Shown here: positions 20,608 through 30,716 of the stretch, piece after piece | Layout: every line of letters starts with the position of its first letter | How positions within the stretch are numbered: position 1 is the stretch's first letter | Assembly (NCBI GenBank): GCA_965215885.1 | Contig: CBDCEW010000100.1 | Span: 139,569 to 203,568, forward strand | DNA from: Candidatus Moanibacter sp. | Lineage (GTDB): Bacteria; Verrucomicrobiota; Verrucomicrobiia; Opitutales; UBA2987 | DNA: 64,000 bases | Direction of reading: 5' to 3' | Position numbers and translations under genes: made by a program | Notes under the pieces: model-generated | What the model was told of the DNA's origin: nothing | The model's input: the letters and a program-made list of their open reading frames with translations, nothing else | The model's database searches: none

Positions 20608-22275
20608 TTAGTTTGTCTTTTTGCTTTTTTCAAAGGCACTGGATGTCCAGGCGAAGTCCTTATAGTTGGATCCTGTTATGAGGATGTAAACTGAGTGTTC
20701 GTTTTCGGTCATCCAGGCAGGCCGTCCACTCGAAATTCTGTCGGAAGTCCTCTTCGGACTGATTCCTAAGTTCGTAGTGGACGGCTGCCTTTGAATATTT
20801 TCACCCTTAGCCAAACAAACTCTTTGACCCATCGCCAACCACTGATCGGCCAAGTTATTCACAAAGGGGCCTCGCCGAGTTTTTCCTGCGGCTCCACTCG
20901 GCCCCTTGGATGAATAACCTGGAGCTACTATAAGATTCCTAGCGCGATGAACGTGTCCAGCGTCGTTGCGGTCGAGGGTGAAGGTCTCGAACCAGACTGT
21001 GCCTTTCGGCCGCGAGACTAGATTGATGAGAATCTCTTTTTGCTGAAATCCGCGGATGGCGAAGACAGTGTGTCCGATCTGCAGAGGAGAGGCGGGCCGG
21101 GCTCTCGACGCGTTCCGATCGGCAGGTTTTTGGGGATCCCCGTCGTAGGCGACGACAATTGCCTTTTCCGCATCAAACACCCCGCGGTTTCGCACCCTTG
21201 CTTTCAGAGTCTTGCGAGATCTTCGATTCTTGAAACGGACTGTCGAGGGGAGCAGCTTCACATCGCGGCACAATTGTGAATCCTTGAGAGTTACGGCGCG
21301 GCGGGCGTCGAGGATCCCAAAACCGAGATTCGGTTCCCACCCGTAAGGGTCGTAGACGAGACCGGATACGGGCCGAGTCGTATTGCGGAGAACCTGGCGT
21401 AGTTGTTCATTTTCGAGATGTGGAAAACGCGACCATACAAGCGCCCCGACTCCGCCCGCAAACCCGGACGCCATGCAGCCTCCAGTGAAATTTATGAAAT
21501 TCTGATCGCCTCCGTATCCGCGAATCTGATCGCTGAGGCGTCCCGAGGAGCGTTCTCCGCCCGGCGCCCCGGCTTCGACGTAGTCGCAATCGGGACAGAT
21601 ATCGGCGGGCCAGCCCTTCCGGTTTGTCGAGCCCACAGTGAAGACAGCATCGAATCCGGCTTGAAAGGTCACGACGCGCCGGCCACGGTTGTCCCCGCTG
21701 CTCTTGAAAATGAGGCATCCATGAGCAAAGGCGTAATCCATCGCCTCCCGTAGCCCGGGATTGTCCCATGGGTAGCTGAAATCCGTCCCCTGGTAGAAGA
21801 GGGGGATGCCGTTAGCCCGTTCGCCGCTTATGTAGCCGTGAGGCGTTACAAGGATCTTTGCGCCGTGGTCTACGGCGTATCGGATACCCCGTTCCCAGCT
21901 CTCGGGGTTCCCGTAGCCGACGCGCACCATCATGATGGGGCACTCCGGCGCGAGGTGGGCCACTTCGCCGCCCACAAACCCGTGGTGTCCCCGAAAATAC
22001 TCGCTGCTTTCCTCACGCACGCCCCGGTATTCAAGGCTGGCGTCGTCATCGACGAAATCCCATCCATGCCGTCTGCTTCGCTTGTTCTTCGGGTCGATCC
22101 ACAGATGCGGTTCAAGATCGCTGTGGGTCCGGTAGCCGATATCGATTACAGCTACGATCAGGTTCTTGCTGCCCCGTGTGGTCTCGTGCGCCCTTTGCAC
22201 CCCCAGTTGCCGCAGCGCCCAACCGTAGAGGGCAGGACCGCGACGAGGCGAAGTACCTGAGGAGCGAGGACTCAT
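20608..22275 (-). CDS. S8 (subtilase)-fold protein with atypical active site; 3' end interrupted by IS110 and reading through into it
   Basis: VAVIDIG, GWDFVDDD, HHGFVGG, AVDHGAKI, SSGDN, FTGGCMAS, GFGILDA. Residues after 'RARNL' are encoded by IS110 DNA. Start is uncertain. Confidence 0.75.
   Translation of the reverse strand: MSPRSSGTSPRRGPALYGWALRQLGVQRAHETTRGSKNLIVAVIDIGYRTHSDLEPHLWIDPKNKRSRRHGWDFVDDDASLEYRGVREESSEYFRGHHGFVGGEVAHLAPECPIMMVRVGYGNPESWERGIRYAVDHGAKILVTPHGYISGERANGIPLFYQGTDFSYPWDNPGLREAMDYAFAHGCLIFKSSGDNRGRRVVTFQAGFDAVFTVGSTNRKGWPADICPDCDYVEAGAPGGERSSGRLSDQIRGYGGDQNFINFTGGCMASGFAGGVGALVWSRFPHLENEQLRQVLRNTTRPVSGLVYDPYGWEPNLGFGILDARRAVTLKDSQLCRDVKLLPSTVRFKNRRSRKTLKARVRNRGVFDAEKAIVVAYDGDPQKPADRNASRARPASPLQIGHTVFAIRGFQQKEILINLVSRPKGTVWFETFTLDRNDAGHVHRARNLIVAPGYSSKGPSGAAGKTRRGPFVNNLADQWLAMGQRVCLAKGENIQRQPSTTNLGISPKRTSDRISSGRPAWMTENEHSVYILITGSNYKDFAWTSSAFEKSKKTN
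20641..20922 (-). ncRNA. Bridge RNA of the IS110 element (5' hairpin, target-binding loop, donor-binding loop)
   Basis: 5' stem at 20850-20922. Target loop at 20715-20790 with guides UAGGAAUC and UCCGACAGA. Donor loop at 20641-20714 with guides CUCAGUUU and ACUAUAAG. Confidence 0.85.
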
Positions 22276-22322
22276 ATTCGTTGACGGATTAAATCTTATC
22301 TTCGCATTGATTGGACACGCAA

Positions 22323-23450
22323 CTACGCGGAAACTCTGAAGCGCGAGGCGAGCCACGGTGCGAGGTCCAGCGGGCAATTTCCGGTACGAATCCATTCCGC
22401 GAGGTGAGGCCCCAGGGCGACCGAGTATTTAAACCCTTTGCCGCTCCACCCACAGTCGATGAAGAGATTTTCCAGCCCCTCGACAAAACCCAACAGGGGC
22501 TTCATGTCGGGAGTCTCGTCGTAGCAGGTGGCGTAACCGCCCTGGAATACCCCCCTGCGCATATTCGGCAGGTGATATCGGATCGATTCAGAACACCGGT
22601 CGACCATCCAGTTTGGGCAGGTCGACTCGGTTGGGTCGGGGTCGACAGGTATCCGCGGTTTACGGTCATCGCAAAGAACCCTGATGTTGGAAGCGTGCCA
22701 GGGTACGAAGCCACCGATCCCGTCGACCCATACTACCGGCGGCCGTTCGAAGAACCCTGGGGGTCGACGGTAGAAGGACACCCCCACGCGAACGTTTTCA
22801 ATGGGTAACTGGATGCCCGCCATGGCCGCCACTTTGAGGCTCCACGGACCACAGGCGAGGACCACTTTCCCAGGTGAAATCGAACCGGTGGCGGTATCTA
22901 CGGAGGTAATTTCCCCCTTTTCTACGTGGAAGCGTTCCGCCGGCGAAAACTCCCTTAATTCCGCGCCGTATTCCCGTGCCGCCCGGGCATAAGAGTGCAC
23001 CGTCTGAAAGGCATCGACACAACCCGTTCTGGGAAAGAAAGCCGCCGCTTCGACGCCGTCGGTGTTAAACTCCGGATAGACATCGTGGATCTCTTTTCCC
23101 TCTAAAACTCGAACCGTGGACCCGTTCCGTCTGGCGGCGGCCGCGTACTTCTCTGTGGTGGCCAGATCATTGCGGGCGACGAGCAGGCCATGATTGAAAA
23201 AACCGCAACTTCCTCCGACCTCCTCTTCAAAGTTTTCGTATGCCTCCAAGGCACTGACCGCAAGGCGGCTGATGGTGTCGGTTTCAGCCGCTTGCTGTCC
23301 GCACATCGCTCCTGAGAATGCGGTCGTACCCGAGGCGAGGGCTCTGCGTTCGCAGAGCACGACCTTGCCCTCCTTCCTTCGGGCGAGGTGGTAGGTGATC
23401 GTAATACCCACGATCCCTCCTCCGATAACTAAATAGTCGGTTGATTCCAT
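22323..23450 (-). CDS. FAD-dependent oxidoreductase (DAO/sarcosine oxidase-like)
   Basis: IGGGIVG, GTT, ETPD, GWSGKGFK. Confidence 0.9.
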   Translation of the reverse strand: MESTDYLVIGGGIVGITITYHLARRKEGKVVLCERRALASGTTAFSGAMCGQQAAETDTISRLAVSALEAYENFEEEVGGSCGFFNHGLLVARNDLATTEKYAAAARRNGSTVRVLEGKEIHDVYPEFNTDGVEAAAFFPRTGCVDAFQTVHSYARAAREYGAELREFSPAERFHVEKGEITSVDTATGSISPGKVVLACGPWSLKVAAMAGIQLPIENVRVGVSFYRRPPGFFERPPVVWVDGIGGFVPWHASNIRVLCDDRKPRIPVDPDPTESTCPNWMVDRCSESIRYHLPNMRRGVFQGGYATCYDETPDMKPLLGFVEGLENLFIDCGWSGKGFKYSVALGPHLAEWIRTGNCPLDLAPWLASRFRVSA

Positions 23451-23515
23451 TGGTCCCTGTCAGCGCAAAAAACCTCTACGGATGGCCGCATAAGCGGATT
23501 TGTATCGAACTCCCG

Positions 23516-25105
23516 TTACTCCTTAAACCAGATGGGGCTGCTCCATGCCCGGTGTCCGTCTTCCTGTGTTACCTTCGCCAGATACCATTGAATGTCATCG
23601 CTGCCCTCCGAGGTGTCCTTGAACTCGACCTCCATCGTCGTTCCATTGCCCGGGTGTGAGGCTACAGTTTTCCCTCTCCGGATCAGCTCGATCCGCGCTA
23701 TGTCGTGCGAGCCCTCCGCGCAAACCTCGAATACCCGCTCGGCCTTCACCGGGAGGATGGTTCCCATCATGCTCCCGTTTGATTCGAATCTGAGCGCGAT
23801 TCGGGCGCCCGTCGTGCCGAAAACGCGGCGAGCGAGGATCGCTTCGTGGAGCGCTTCGAGGGAAAGCTCGGGCGCGAGCACGCCGGTCTGACCGGCAGGA
23901 AATGGACATCCCGGTTCCGGGTCGGGGTTGCCGGGCATGGAGTCATGGGTGTCGCTCCCGGACACGATGCCGAGGATATGCCCCTTGTTGAGGAGATCGA
24001 AAATCCTCGCTTCCTCCTTCAGCGCTCCCCGCTGTTTCTGCCAGATCTCCGCGAGAATCTCGCGGTGAAAGTCCAGCGTGTGGAAGTGCCCGCTGACGAT
24101 TCCATTATACCGCTGGACGGTTTCATAATACTGGTCGAGGTTCTCGCAATGAATGGTATCATTGTTGAAACGGCGAAGGAACCGGGGATCGAGCGCGGGC
24201 GGCCGGTCTTCACAGAATATCGGCGGAACCTGCTCAGGTTTTACAAAGAAGTGGGCGTTACGGTGGGCGCCGTTGGGGACTGTTCCCGCCTCCACGCCGG
24301 TGATCGCGATAAACTTGCCCGGCTCCGTCCAGTGTGCCGCGGCTCGTTTAACTCCATCCCAGACATTGTCGACACAAACGTTATAACTGAAAAGCATAGC
24401 TGCGGCGAAGTCGTAGTGAGCTTCGTCCCGGGCGTAACGGTAAAAGTCGTCCAGCGGCCGTTGGTTGAATGCCATACCGTGTAAATCATCCCAAAAAATG
24501 CCTGGTGTCCGCCGCGTGTTTTCCGGGGATGGTCGGGGCAGGACTCCCTCCACCGAGATTTCCTGTGTGAAGACGGTTTCGGGGATCGTGTCATCATCGA
24601 CGCTGCGGTGGAATGCACGGTAGGACTTGTAATGGGTGGGTTCAAAACGCCATCCGCCCGGTTCGCTCTCCACCAACCAGAAGCTGAATGAATGTATCGG
24701 ATGGGTGGGAAGCTCCCAACCGGCGAAATCGGACCCGAGCCGGACGACCACCGTTTCGCCGTCCGCCAGTCCCTCTTCAAAGATAATTTCGCAGACATAG
24801 AGGAATTCGACTACCTTCGGATATAGATCGAGCGTTCGCGCCTTGTAAGTCTCGCACCTCACGGCCCTGTTTGCCGACGTCGTGGCCGAAACGTAGTTCG
24901 GCTCTAGTTCGTCCGTGCATTGGGGAAATCCCGCGTGCTGGCGAATATCGCAGCAAAGCCACACCCGCGAATCCGCTGGCAGCTCCCGGTTTGGTTCATA
25001 TTGAAATTCAAGCGACGCAGTCTCTCTATAGCGATGCGAGGATTCGCTCAGAAGCAGGAACGATGCCGGCGATTGAATCGGCGTTACTTCTGATTTAATC
25101 ATCAA
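23516..25105 (-). CDS. DUF3604/PHP-like metallo-hydrolase domain protein
   Basis: FWDDLHG, GSDTHDS, VFGTTGARI, C-terminal AWSSPIWF. Confidence 0.7.
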   Translation of the reverse strand: MMIKSEVTPIQSPASFLLLSESSHRYRETASLEFQYEPNRELPADSRVWLCCDIRQHAGFPQCTDELEPNYVSATTSANRAVRCETYKARTLDLYPKVVEFLYVCEIIFEEGLADGETVVVRLGSDFAGWELPTHPIHSFSFWLVESEPGGWRFEPTHYKSYRAFHRSVDDDTIPETVFTQEISVEGVLPRPSPENTRRTPGIFWDDLHGMAFNQRPLDDFYRYARDEAHYDFAAAMLFSYNVCVDNVWDGVKRAAAHWTEPGKFIAITGVEAGTVPNGAHRNAHFFVKPEQVPPIFCEDRPPALDPRFLRRFNNDTIHCENLDQYYETVQRYNGIVSGHFHTLDFHREILAEIWQKQRGALKEEARIFDLLNKGHILGIVSGSDTHDSMPGNPDPEPGCPFPAGQTGVLAPELSLEALHEAILARRVFGTTGARIALRFESNGSMMGTILPVKAERVFEVCAEGSHDIARIELIRRGKTVASHPGNGTTMEVEFKDTSEGSDDIQWYLAKVTQEDGHRAWSSPIWFKE

Positions 25106-26126
25106 TTAATACAGTGATTCCCTTGTCAGCTGATTTCTGGGTGAGACAAGCGATGCGATTTGCTCGAATTGAAGCGGCATCGGGAACCAGCGGTGAGGCG
25201 GATGCGTCATGCAGGGACTCGAGCCAGTCTTTAACGACTGACCGGTTGGCGGGAAGCTCAGCCAACGGGAAATCTTCGACCGTGTTTCCCTCTTTCTGCA
25301 GGCGGATATACTTTCCCAGACGAAACTCAATCTGGCCCTCCGTCCCTACCACATCGAGTCGGTAGTCATTGCGGCACCCATCCGGAAGCACCCGGTTATA
25401 CTGTATGAATGCGGTCCCACCGTTTTCCAGTTGAAAGAGGGCGCCCCCACTGTCGATCAGCTCGGGCATTTCCGGGCGCGACCTGTTGGCCTGATATGCG
25501 GTTACCTGCGTGAGCCGCAGCCCGGTGGCCCACTCCACCGCGTCGATGGAATGAATCGCCAGATCGAGGATCGGTCCCCCTGAGAGGCGTTGGTCGAGAA
25601 ACCACGGCGGCCGCGCGCCCGGTTTCAATTCAACCGACATCTTCGCCTGACACTGTATGGGCTCTCCGATCGCGCCCGAGCGGACAAGGTCTCTCACCTT
25701 GCGATACTGCGGATTGCCGCGGAGGGTCAGAAGCATGAGCAATCGCCGCGCATGGGACTGCCCATGGCGCTCGATCTCATCGAGTTCGGCGAGGTTGATG
25801 GCGGCGGGTTTATCCGCGATGACGTGACAACCGCGACGGAAAGCCTGTAAGATCGCGGCCGCTTTTTGATCATTCTCATTCGCCACGACCACGATGTGCG
25901 GTTCGCAGGCTTCCAGCATTTCTTCCGCGTCGGTGTAGATCTCGGTTTGGAATAGTTCCTCAGCCCATCCGATCTGCTCTTCGCGCACGGAGGCTCCATT
26001 GATCTCGACCATCTCGCCGCATAGAGAAGTGATCTCCTTTATGTGGGTCTCGCCGCCGATAATGGAAACCGTCCATTTTCGGGGATCTGCACCACCCGAT
26101 GCGGATACCGGATTATTCGACTGCAT
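25095..26126 (-). CDS. Gfo/Idh/MocA oxidoreductase
   Basis: HVIADKP, GGPILDLAIHSID. Confidence 0.88.
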   Translation of the reverse strand: MQSNNPVSASGGADPRKWTVSIIGGETHIKEITSLCGEMVEINGASVREEQIGWAEELFQTEIYTDAEEMLEACEPHIVVVANENDQKAAAILQAFRRGCHVIADKPAAINLAELDEIERHGQSHARRLLMLLTLRGNPQYRKVRDLVRSGAIGEPIQCQAKMSVELKPGARPPWFLDQRLSGGPILDLAIHSIDAVEWATGLRLTQVTAYQANRSRPEMPELIDSGGALFQLENGGTAFIQYNRVLPDGCRNDYRLDVVGTEGQIEFRLGKYIRLQKEGNTVEDFPLAELPANRSVVKDWLESLHDASASPLVPDAASIRANRIACLTQKSADKGITVLIDD

Positions 26127-26183
26127 ATACCCCTATAGCGTTCACAACAGAGGACATATACCTTTTCGAACAGGCTCTAAATA

Positions 26184-28100
26184 GACCTTATCCGAAAAGC
26201 TACTGATTGGCCGCAAAGAGGCGCAAAAGGCGCAAGAAAAACTTGAGAAAAATCATTTTTTGGCTTGATAAAAAGTGTCGCAACATGCTAGTGTTTAACA
26301 ACTTAAGATTAAGAAAGGAGTTAAACATGCCAACATGTGCGACAGAGGAGAACAAAAGCGATAAGACGCCCCTTAGCAACCTCATTCTGCCGGTTCCAGA
26401 CACGGATTTCCGTGATTTTCTGGATGAAGTTGAAGAATTGGCCGGGTTCGCGGCGCAAATCATCGAGGCGATCGAGAAGGATCTGGACGCCCATGCGCGT
26501 GAGAAGAAGAAACTTCGATTGGAAGATCGCAGGTTCTTTGAAGGGCGCACAGCGGAGCTGCCGGAGCTGGACATCGAGGAGGAGAATATTCTGGCTGCTG
26601 AATTGAATCTTGGGGCAGGCCGGCCGCGGATGCCGGCTTATGCGGTATACGTGTTCGTGATGCTTCGAGGGTTTCTGGGTTCGTTGACCACGAAACCGGC
26701 ACGGCGGTTTGTGCGCGAGTCGATGAGCTTGTACGGATTTTTGCAGAGCGGGGGACTGAGAATGCCGGCGGTGACGACGATTCTGGAGAACGTGAACCTG
26801 GTCAGCCATACGACCCGCGAGTTGATCTTTGATAAACAGATTGGGTTTATCCTCCAGGAGCAATGGGACGATTTCGGGAAGCTGACGATCGACAGCACCT
26901 CGGTGAAAGCAAACAGCTGCTGGCCCACCGATGGGAAGATTCTGAGCGGTCTTTTGATGCGGGCCAATCGTTTGGGTCAGAAGTTGCATGTCTTCGGGCT
27001 GGAGGATTTTCGCAAGGGATGGGTTGGGCGTTGGCTGGAGGAAATGGACAAGCTGGAGTTTCAGATTTGTCTGGCCGCGGGCAAACCGAAGTCGAAGGGC
27101 AAGCTGAAGAAACACTACCGGCGGTTGCTCAAGCGGGGCCGCAAGGCGGCCGACTCACTAACGGGGGAACTGAGCCATCTTGAAGAGGGCCTGTCGATGG
27201 ATTCACTGCCTCCCACTCGCCGGGAGCTTCTGGAGCGGGCATTGAGCCAGATCAGGGGCGATATTGCCGACGCCAAGCGGGTTGTTGAGTATGCTCATGA
27301 TCGGGTGTTTCACGAAAAGAAGCTACCGTCCACACAGAAGGTCCTGAGCCTCTCGGACGGATCGGCGGCCTACATCAAGAAGGGCAGCCGCAATCCAGTG
27401 ATCGGGTACAAGCCACAACTGGTTCGCAGCGAAAACGGTTTTGTCACCAGCCTGATCGTACCGCAAGGCAACGCGGCAGACTCCATTGAGCTGGCGCCGG
27501 CCATCGGCGATTCGATCAAGCGCACCGGTGTCATTGCTGAACTGGTCAGCACCGATGACGGATATGCTTCGGCGAAGGGACGCAAGGAGGTGCTGAGCAT
27601 GGGGGTAAAGCAGATCAGTATCAGTGGGGCGAAGGGCAAGAAGTTGACCACCCCCGAGGACTGGGAGAGCGAGGCGTATCGCGAGGCACGCCGCGATCGC
27701 TCCGCAGTGGAGTCGCTGATGTTCACGATTAAAGATGGATTTGCCTTTGGCGAACTCGGCCGCCGCGGCATCGATGCGGTAGGCGATGAACTGCTCGAGA
27801 AGGTTCTGGCCTACAACTTCTGCCGCATCATACTGATGAAGAAACGCCGAGGGGAGGAACTGGAACAGGCAGCCTGAATCTGACCGCTTTGAAGCTCAGA
27901 GAAAAAAGCACCACGGGATGAGTATGCCTCCAGACAGCGGCAAATATACGTATTGTGCAGCAAGCCACGCCGATGGCCGCTCAATACCTGCTCATCGGCA
28001 GCGCCGGCAGCCTAAAACCCGAAACCTGCCAGCCATAGGCTGGTCCGCCCGTGGCGGAGAACCTTAAACCGCCCGCTCGAAAGGCTTTTCGAATGGGGTC
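26184..28100 (+). mobile_element. DDE insertion sequence, copy 1 (IS5/ISNCY-like, family uncertain)
   Basis: IRs GACCTTATCCGAAAAGC and GCTTTTCGAATGGGGTC. 6-bp direct repeat TAAATA at 26178-26183 and 28101-28106. Confidence 0.92.
26327..27877 (+). CDS. DDE transposase
   Basis: AAGGAG RBS before ATG 26327; IDSTSVKANSCWPTD, STDDGY, RSAVES. Confidence 0.9.
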   Translation: MPTCATEENKSDKTPLSNLILPVPDTDFRDFLDEVEELAGFAAQIIEAIEKDLDAHAREKKKLRLEDRRFFEGRTAELPELDIEEENILAAELNLGAGRPRMPAYAVYVFVMLRGFLGSLTTKPARRFVRESMSLYGFLQSGGLRMPAVTTILENVNLVSHTTRELIFDKQIGFILQEQWDDFGKLTIDSTSVKANSCWPTDGKILSGLLMRANRLGQKLHVFGLEDFRKGWVGRWLEEMDKLEFQICLAAGKPKSKGKLKKHYRRLLKRGRKAADSLTGELSHLEEGLSMDSLPPTRRELLERALSQIRGDIADAKRVVEYAHDRVFHEKKLPSTQKVLSLSDGSAAYIKKGSRNPVIGYKPQLVRSENGFVTSLIVPQGNAADSIELAPAIGDSIKRTGVIAELVSTDDGYASAKGRKEVLSMGVKQISISGAKGKKLTTPEDWESEAYREARRDRSAVESLMFTIKDGFAFGELGRRGIDAVGDELLEKVLAYNFCRIILMKKRRGEELEQAA

Positions 28101-28116
28101 TAAATAGGTTACCCTA

Positions 28117-30319
28117 TTACCACCGGGAGGAAACCGTAAATTTGACGCGCCGTCTTTCAACAAGAAAGTTGTTTGTTGCGCTGAACATTTCGCCCCATAG
28201 GGTCTCGTCAGTCAAATTGGCGACATTGACCTGGAACTTGTAGCGGCCCTTCGTGTAGCTGGCAAAGATATCGAAATCCCAGGTGCTGGGCTGGAATACA
28301 AGAGTGCCGTCCGGTGCACGGGCACGGTTTGAGGGGGATGTGCCCTGAAATTTACCGCCGCCACCGAAGGTGAATCCTTGCATTGAACCTTCCTCAAATG
28401 TGTATTTGGCAAATACACTGAATGTCTCCTGAGGAGCGCTGGGCGGCAGGCTGCCGTCCTGATTAACGATGTCTCCATTATAGTAATTGGCTATGGCAGA
28501 GAATCCTCTGTTCGCATAAATCAGAGACATATCGAAACCCGAACCGACATTGTTCTGGTCCTGAACGTCAAACCCGAAGTTGTCCGGATCCTTGCGTTTC
28601 AGACCTGTAATGTTCAGACTGTAGTAGGAAATCGTGCCCGAAAAGCCATTAAATAAATCAAGTTTAACACCACCTTCGGTGCTTTCGGCGCGCGTGGGAC
28701 CGAATAGATTGCCCGCAAAATCCGCGCCGGATGCCGGCCGGAACGATTCGTTGAATCCGGCGAAAAAAGACAGGTTGGTAAACTCACTGAATGGCTTGAA
28801 GACGACGCCCCAGCGCCCTGTCCATAAGGCGGAAGTGCCACCTGGAGAGTTTCTTTGGGGGTTACTCGGATCGTAGAAAGCTGTGACCGGGTCAATGCCG
28901 CCGGAAGCCGGATCTGCTCCCTGCCAACGCATAAACCGCGAGGTGTGTGTGTAATTATAGCGGACACCGCCTGTGATAGCGAACCGTCCATCCCAGAATG
29001 ACAGGCTTTCCTGTGCGTAAATGCCGGTAAAAGCGTTAGCTTGGGATTGAAAGCGGAAGAACCGCCAGAAATCCTCAAACACCGCGCCGGGCTCCTGCTC
29101 GGGATAAGTGGGCGCTTTAAAATCGAAATCAGCATTGCTTAATGGTAAAACGAACAAGAAATCCTGACTGGTTTGATTGTATTCTCCACCTATGCTGGTT
29201 CGTGACTGTATGTTGTCACCCAAATCAAATTTATAGACGATATCGCCCTGCACAGCTTCAAGGGTATTCCAATGGGTCTGGGTTTGATGCGACCGAGTCA
29301 CATTCCAGGTAAGACCGCCTACAGGGGAGTCCTCTAAATTGGACGTGTTGCCCACGGCACGTTGCGTGGGGCGCTTGCTTCTCTGTACGAGAAAAGCGCT
29401 CCGAAAGGCAAGGTTGTCCGTTATTGCGGATGTAAAGTTGGCGTATATGTCATGGCTGATTATGGAACGATGGGGGCGCGAATTTGGCCCGTTCCATGTA
29501 ACGTCTTCAATAATCTTTACCTGGGGATACACATCCGGGTCGAGGAACTGTGATGTGTCACCAAATTTGCGATCGAGATAGCGGTAACGGACGACGAGAT
29601 TAGAGCGATCACCTATATCAAAGGAAAATGCGGGAGAAAGGACGATCTGATCATCCTTTGCAATATCCCCGAAACGGGTTCTGTCAGCATCCCGCAGTTC
29701 CCCGATGAAGCGGTACTGAATTCCCTTCCTTTCACCCAGTGGGCCGCTGACATCGAACGCGCCGCCGTACCAATTGTCGGTTCCGATCTCGAATTTAATC
29801 TGGCCTTGAAACTCGCGTGAAGGCGTCTTCAAAACCCGGTTTACCGTGCCGCCGTTTTCCGATGCACCACCGTAGAGGATAGAAGCAGGCCCTTTGATGA
29901 TTTCCAAGCGCTCGACCATAATATCCGGAGTGATCGTCTTGTTAAAACTCTCAAATCCGTCCACGGAGGTAAATGTCGTGCGAAAACCCCTGATATAAAA
30001 ATCATCCGTCCAGACTGACTTGTTTGACGTCCCTGCCGAGGCGTATTGTACCGCAGTGGCAGAATTAACCGGAGAAAGATCGTCAAGAAAATCGCGCGTG
30101 GCGATGTTGATATGCTGCGGCACATCGGTAAGCAACTGTGCGGAACGCAGGCCGGATACTGTCTGCGAAGAAACCCATCCCTTGACGGCGTCTTCGGACA
30201 CTTCGAATTCGGACAAGGTTACGATGTTCTCTTCGGAAGGCTCCTCTGCCTCCTGTGCTTGTGAGGATAATTCCGCTCGCCAATAAGCAAGGTAGAATGC
30301 CAAATGATAACATTTTCAT
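28117..30319 (-). pseudogene. TonB-dependent receptor with a frameshift between signal peptide and mature domain (pseudogene or sequencing error)
   Basis: ATG 30319 gives MKMLSFGILPCLLASG..., out of frame with SSQAQEAEE...VTLSEFEV...IRGF...ERLEIIKGPASILYG. C-terminal W. Confidence 0.75.
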
Positions 30320-30716
30320 AGAGTAAACCTTAGTTTGAGGATTATATTTCGATTGGCGAATTGCTCCGCCAAGAAAAAACGGAAAGGATAACAATTTCGC
30401 CTTTCCCGCGAAAAAAGGGGGTGTAAGATAACTTTGTCAAGGATGATTCCGAAGAGACGAATTTTGGCCGCTCTTTGCGGCGGAGAGCCCTGCCGCGACG
30501 ACGTCGAGGTGTCCCTCAATCACCGTCGGGCGGGCGGAGAAAACCGGAGGGAGCGTACCATCGAGACACCCTCGGGCGCGCTCCACGGCGTCAAGCGAGG
30601 TTTGATTGTGAAGGAGGGTTCAGGTTCGGGACCGGAATCTGATAAGAAAAGATCGATAAGAGAATAAGACCTCCGCCCATTAAGTGTTATCGTTTCCTGC
30701 CATGGAAGGGAATGCC

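Larger units (their letters stand above)
19234..20935 (-). mobile_element. Complete IS110-family element (~1.70 kb) inserted at a TCT core in a dispersed repeat
   Basis: Minus-strand junctions CTAGGAA-TCT-TATAGTAGC (20942-20924) and CTCAGTTT-TCT-GTCGGACTTAG (19241-19220). The rejoined flanks give CTAGGAATCTGTCGGACT, which is intact at 9305-9322. No terminal IRs. Confidence 0.9.
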
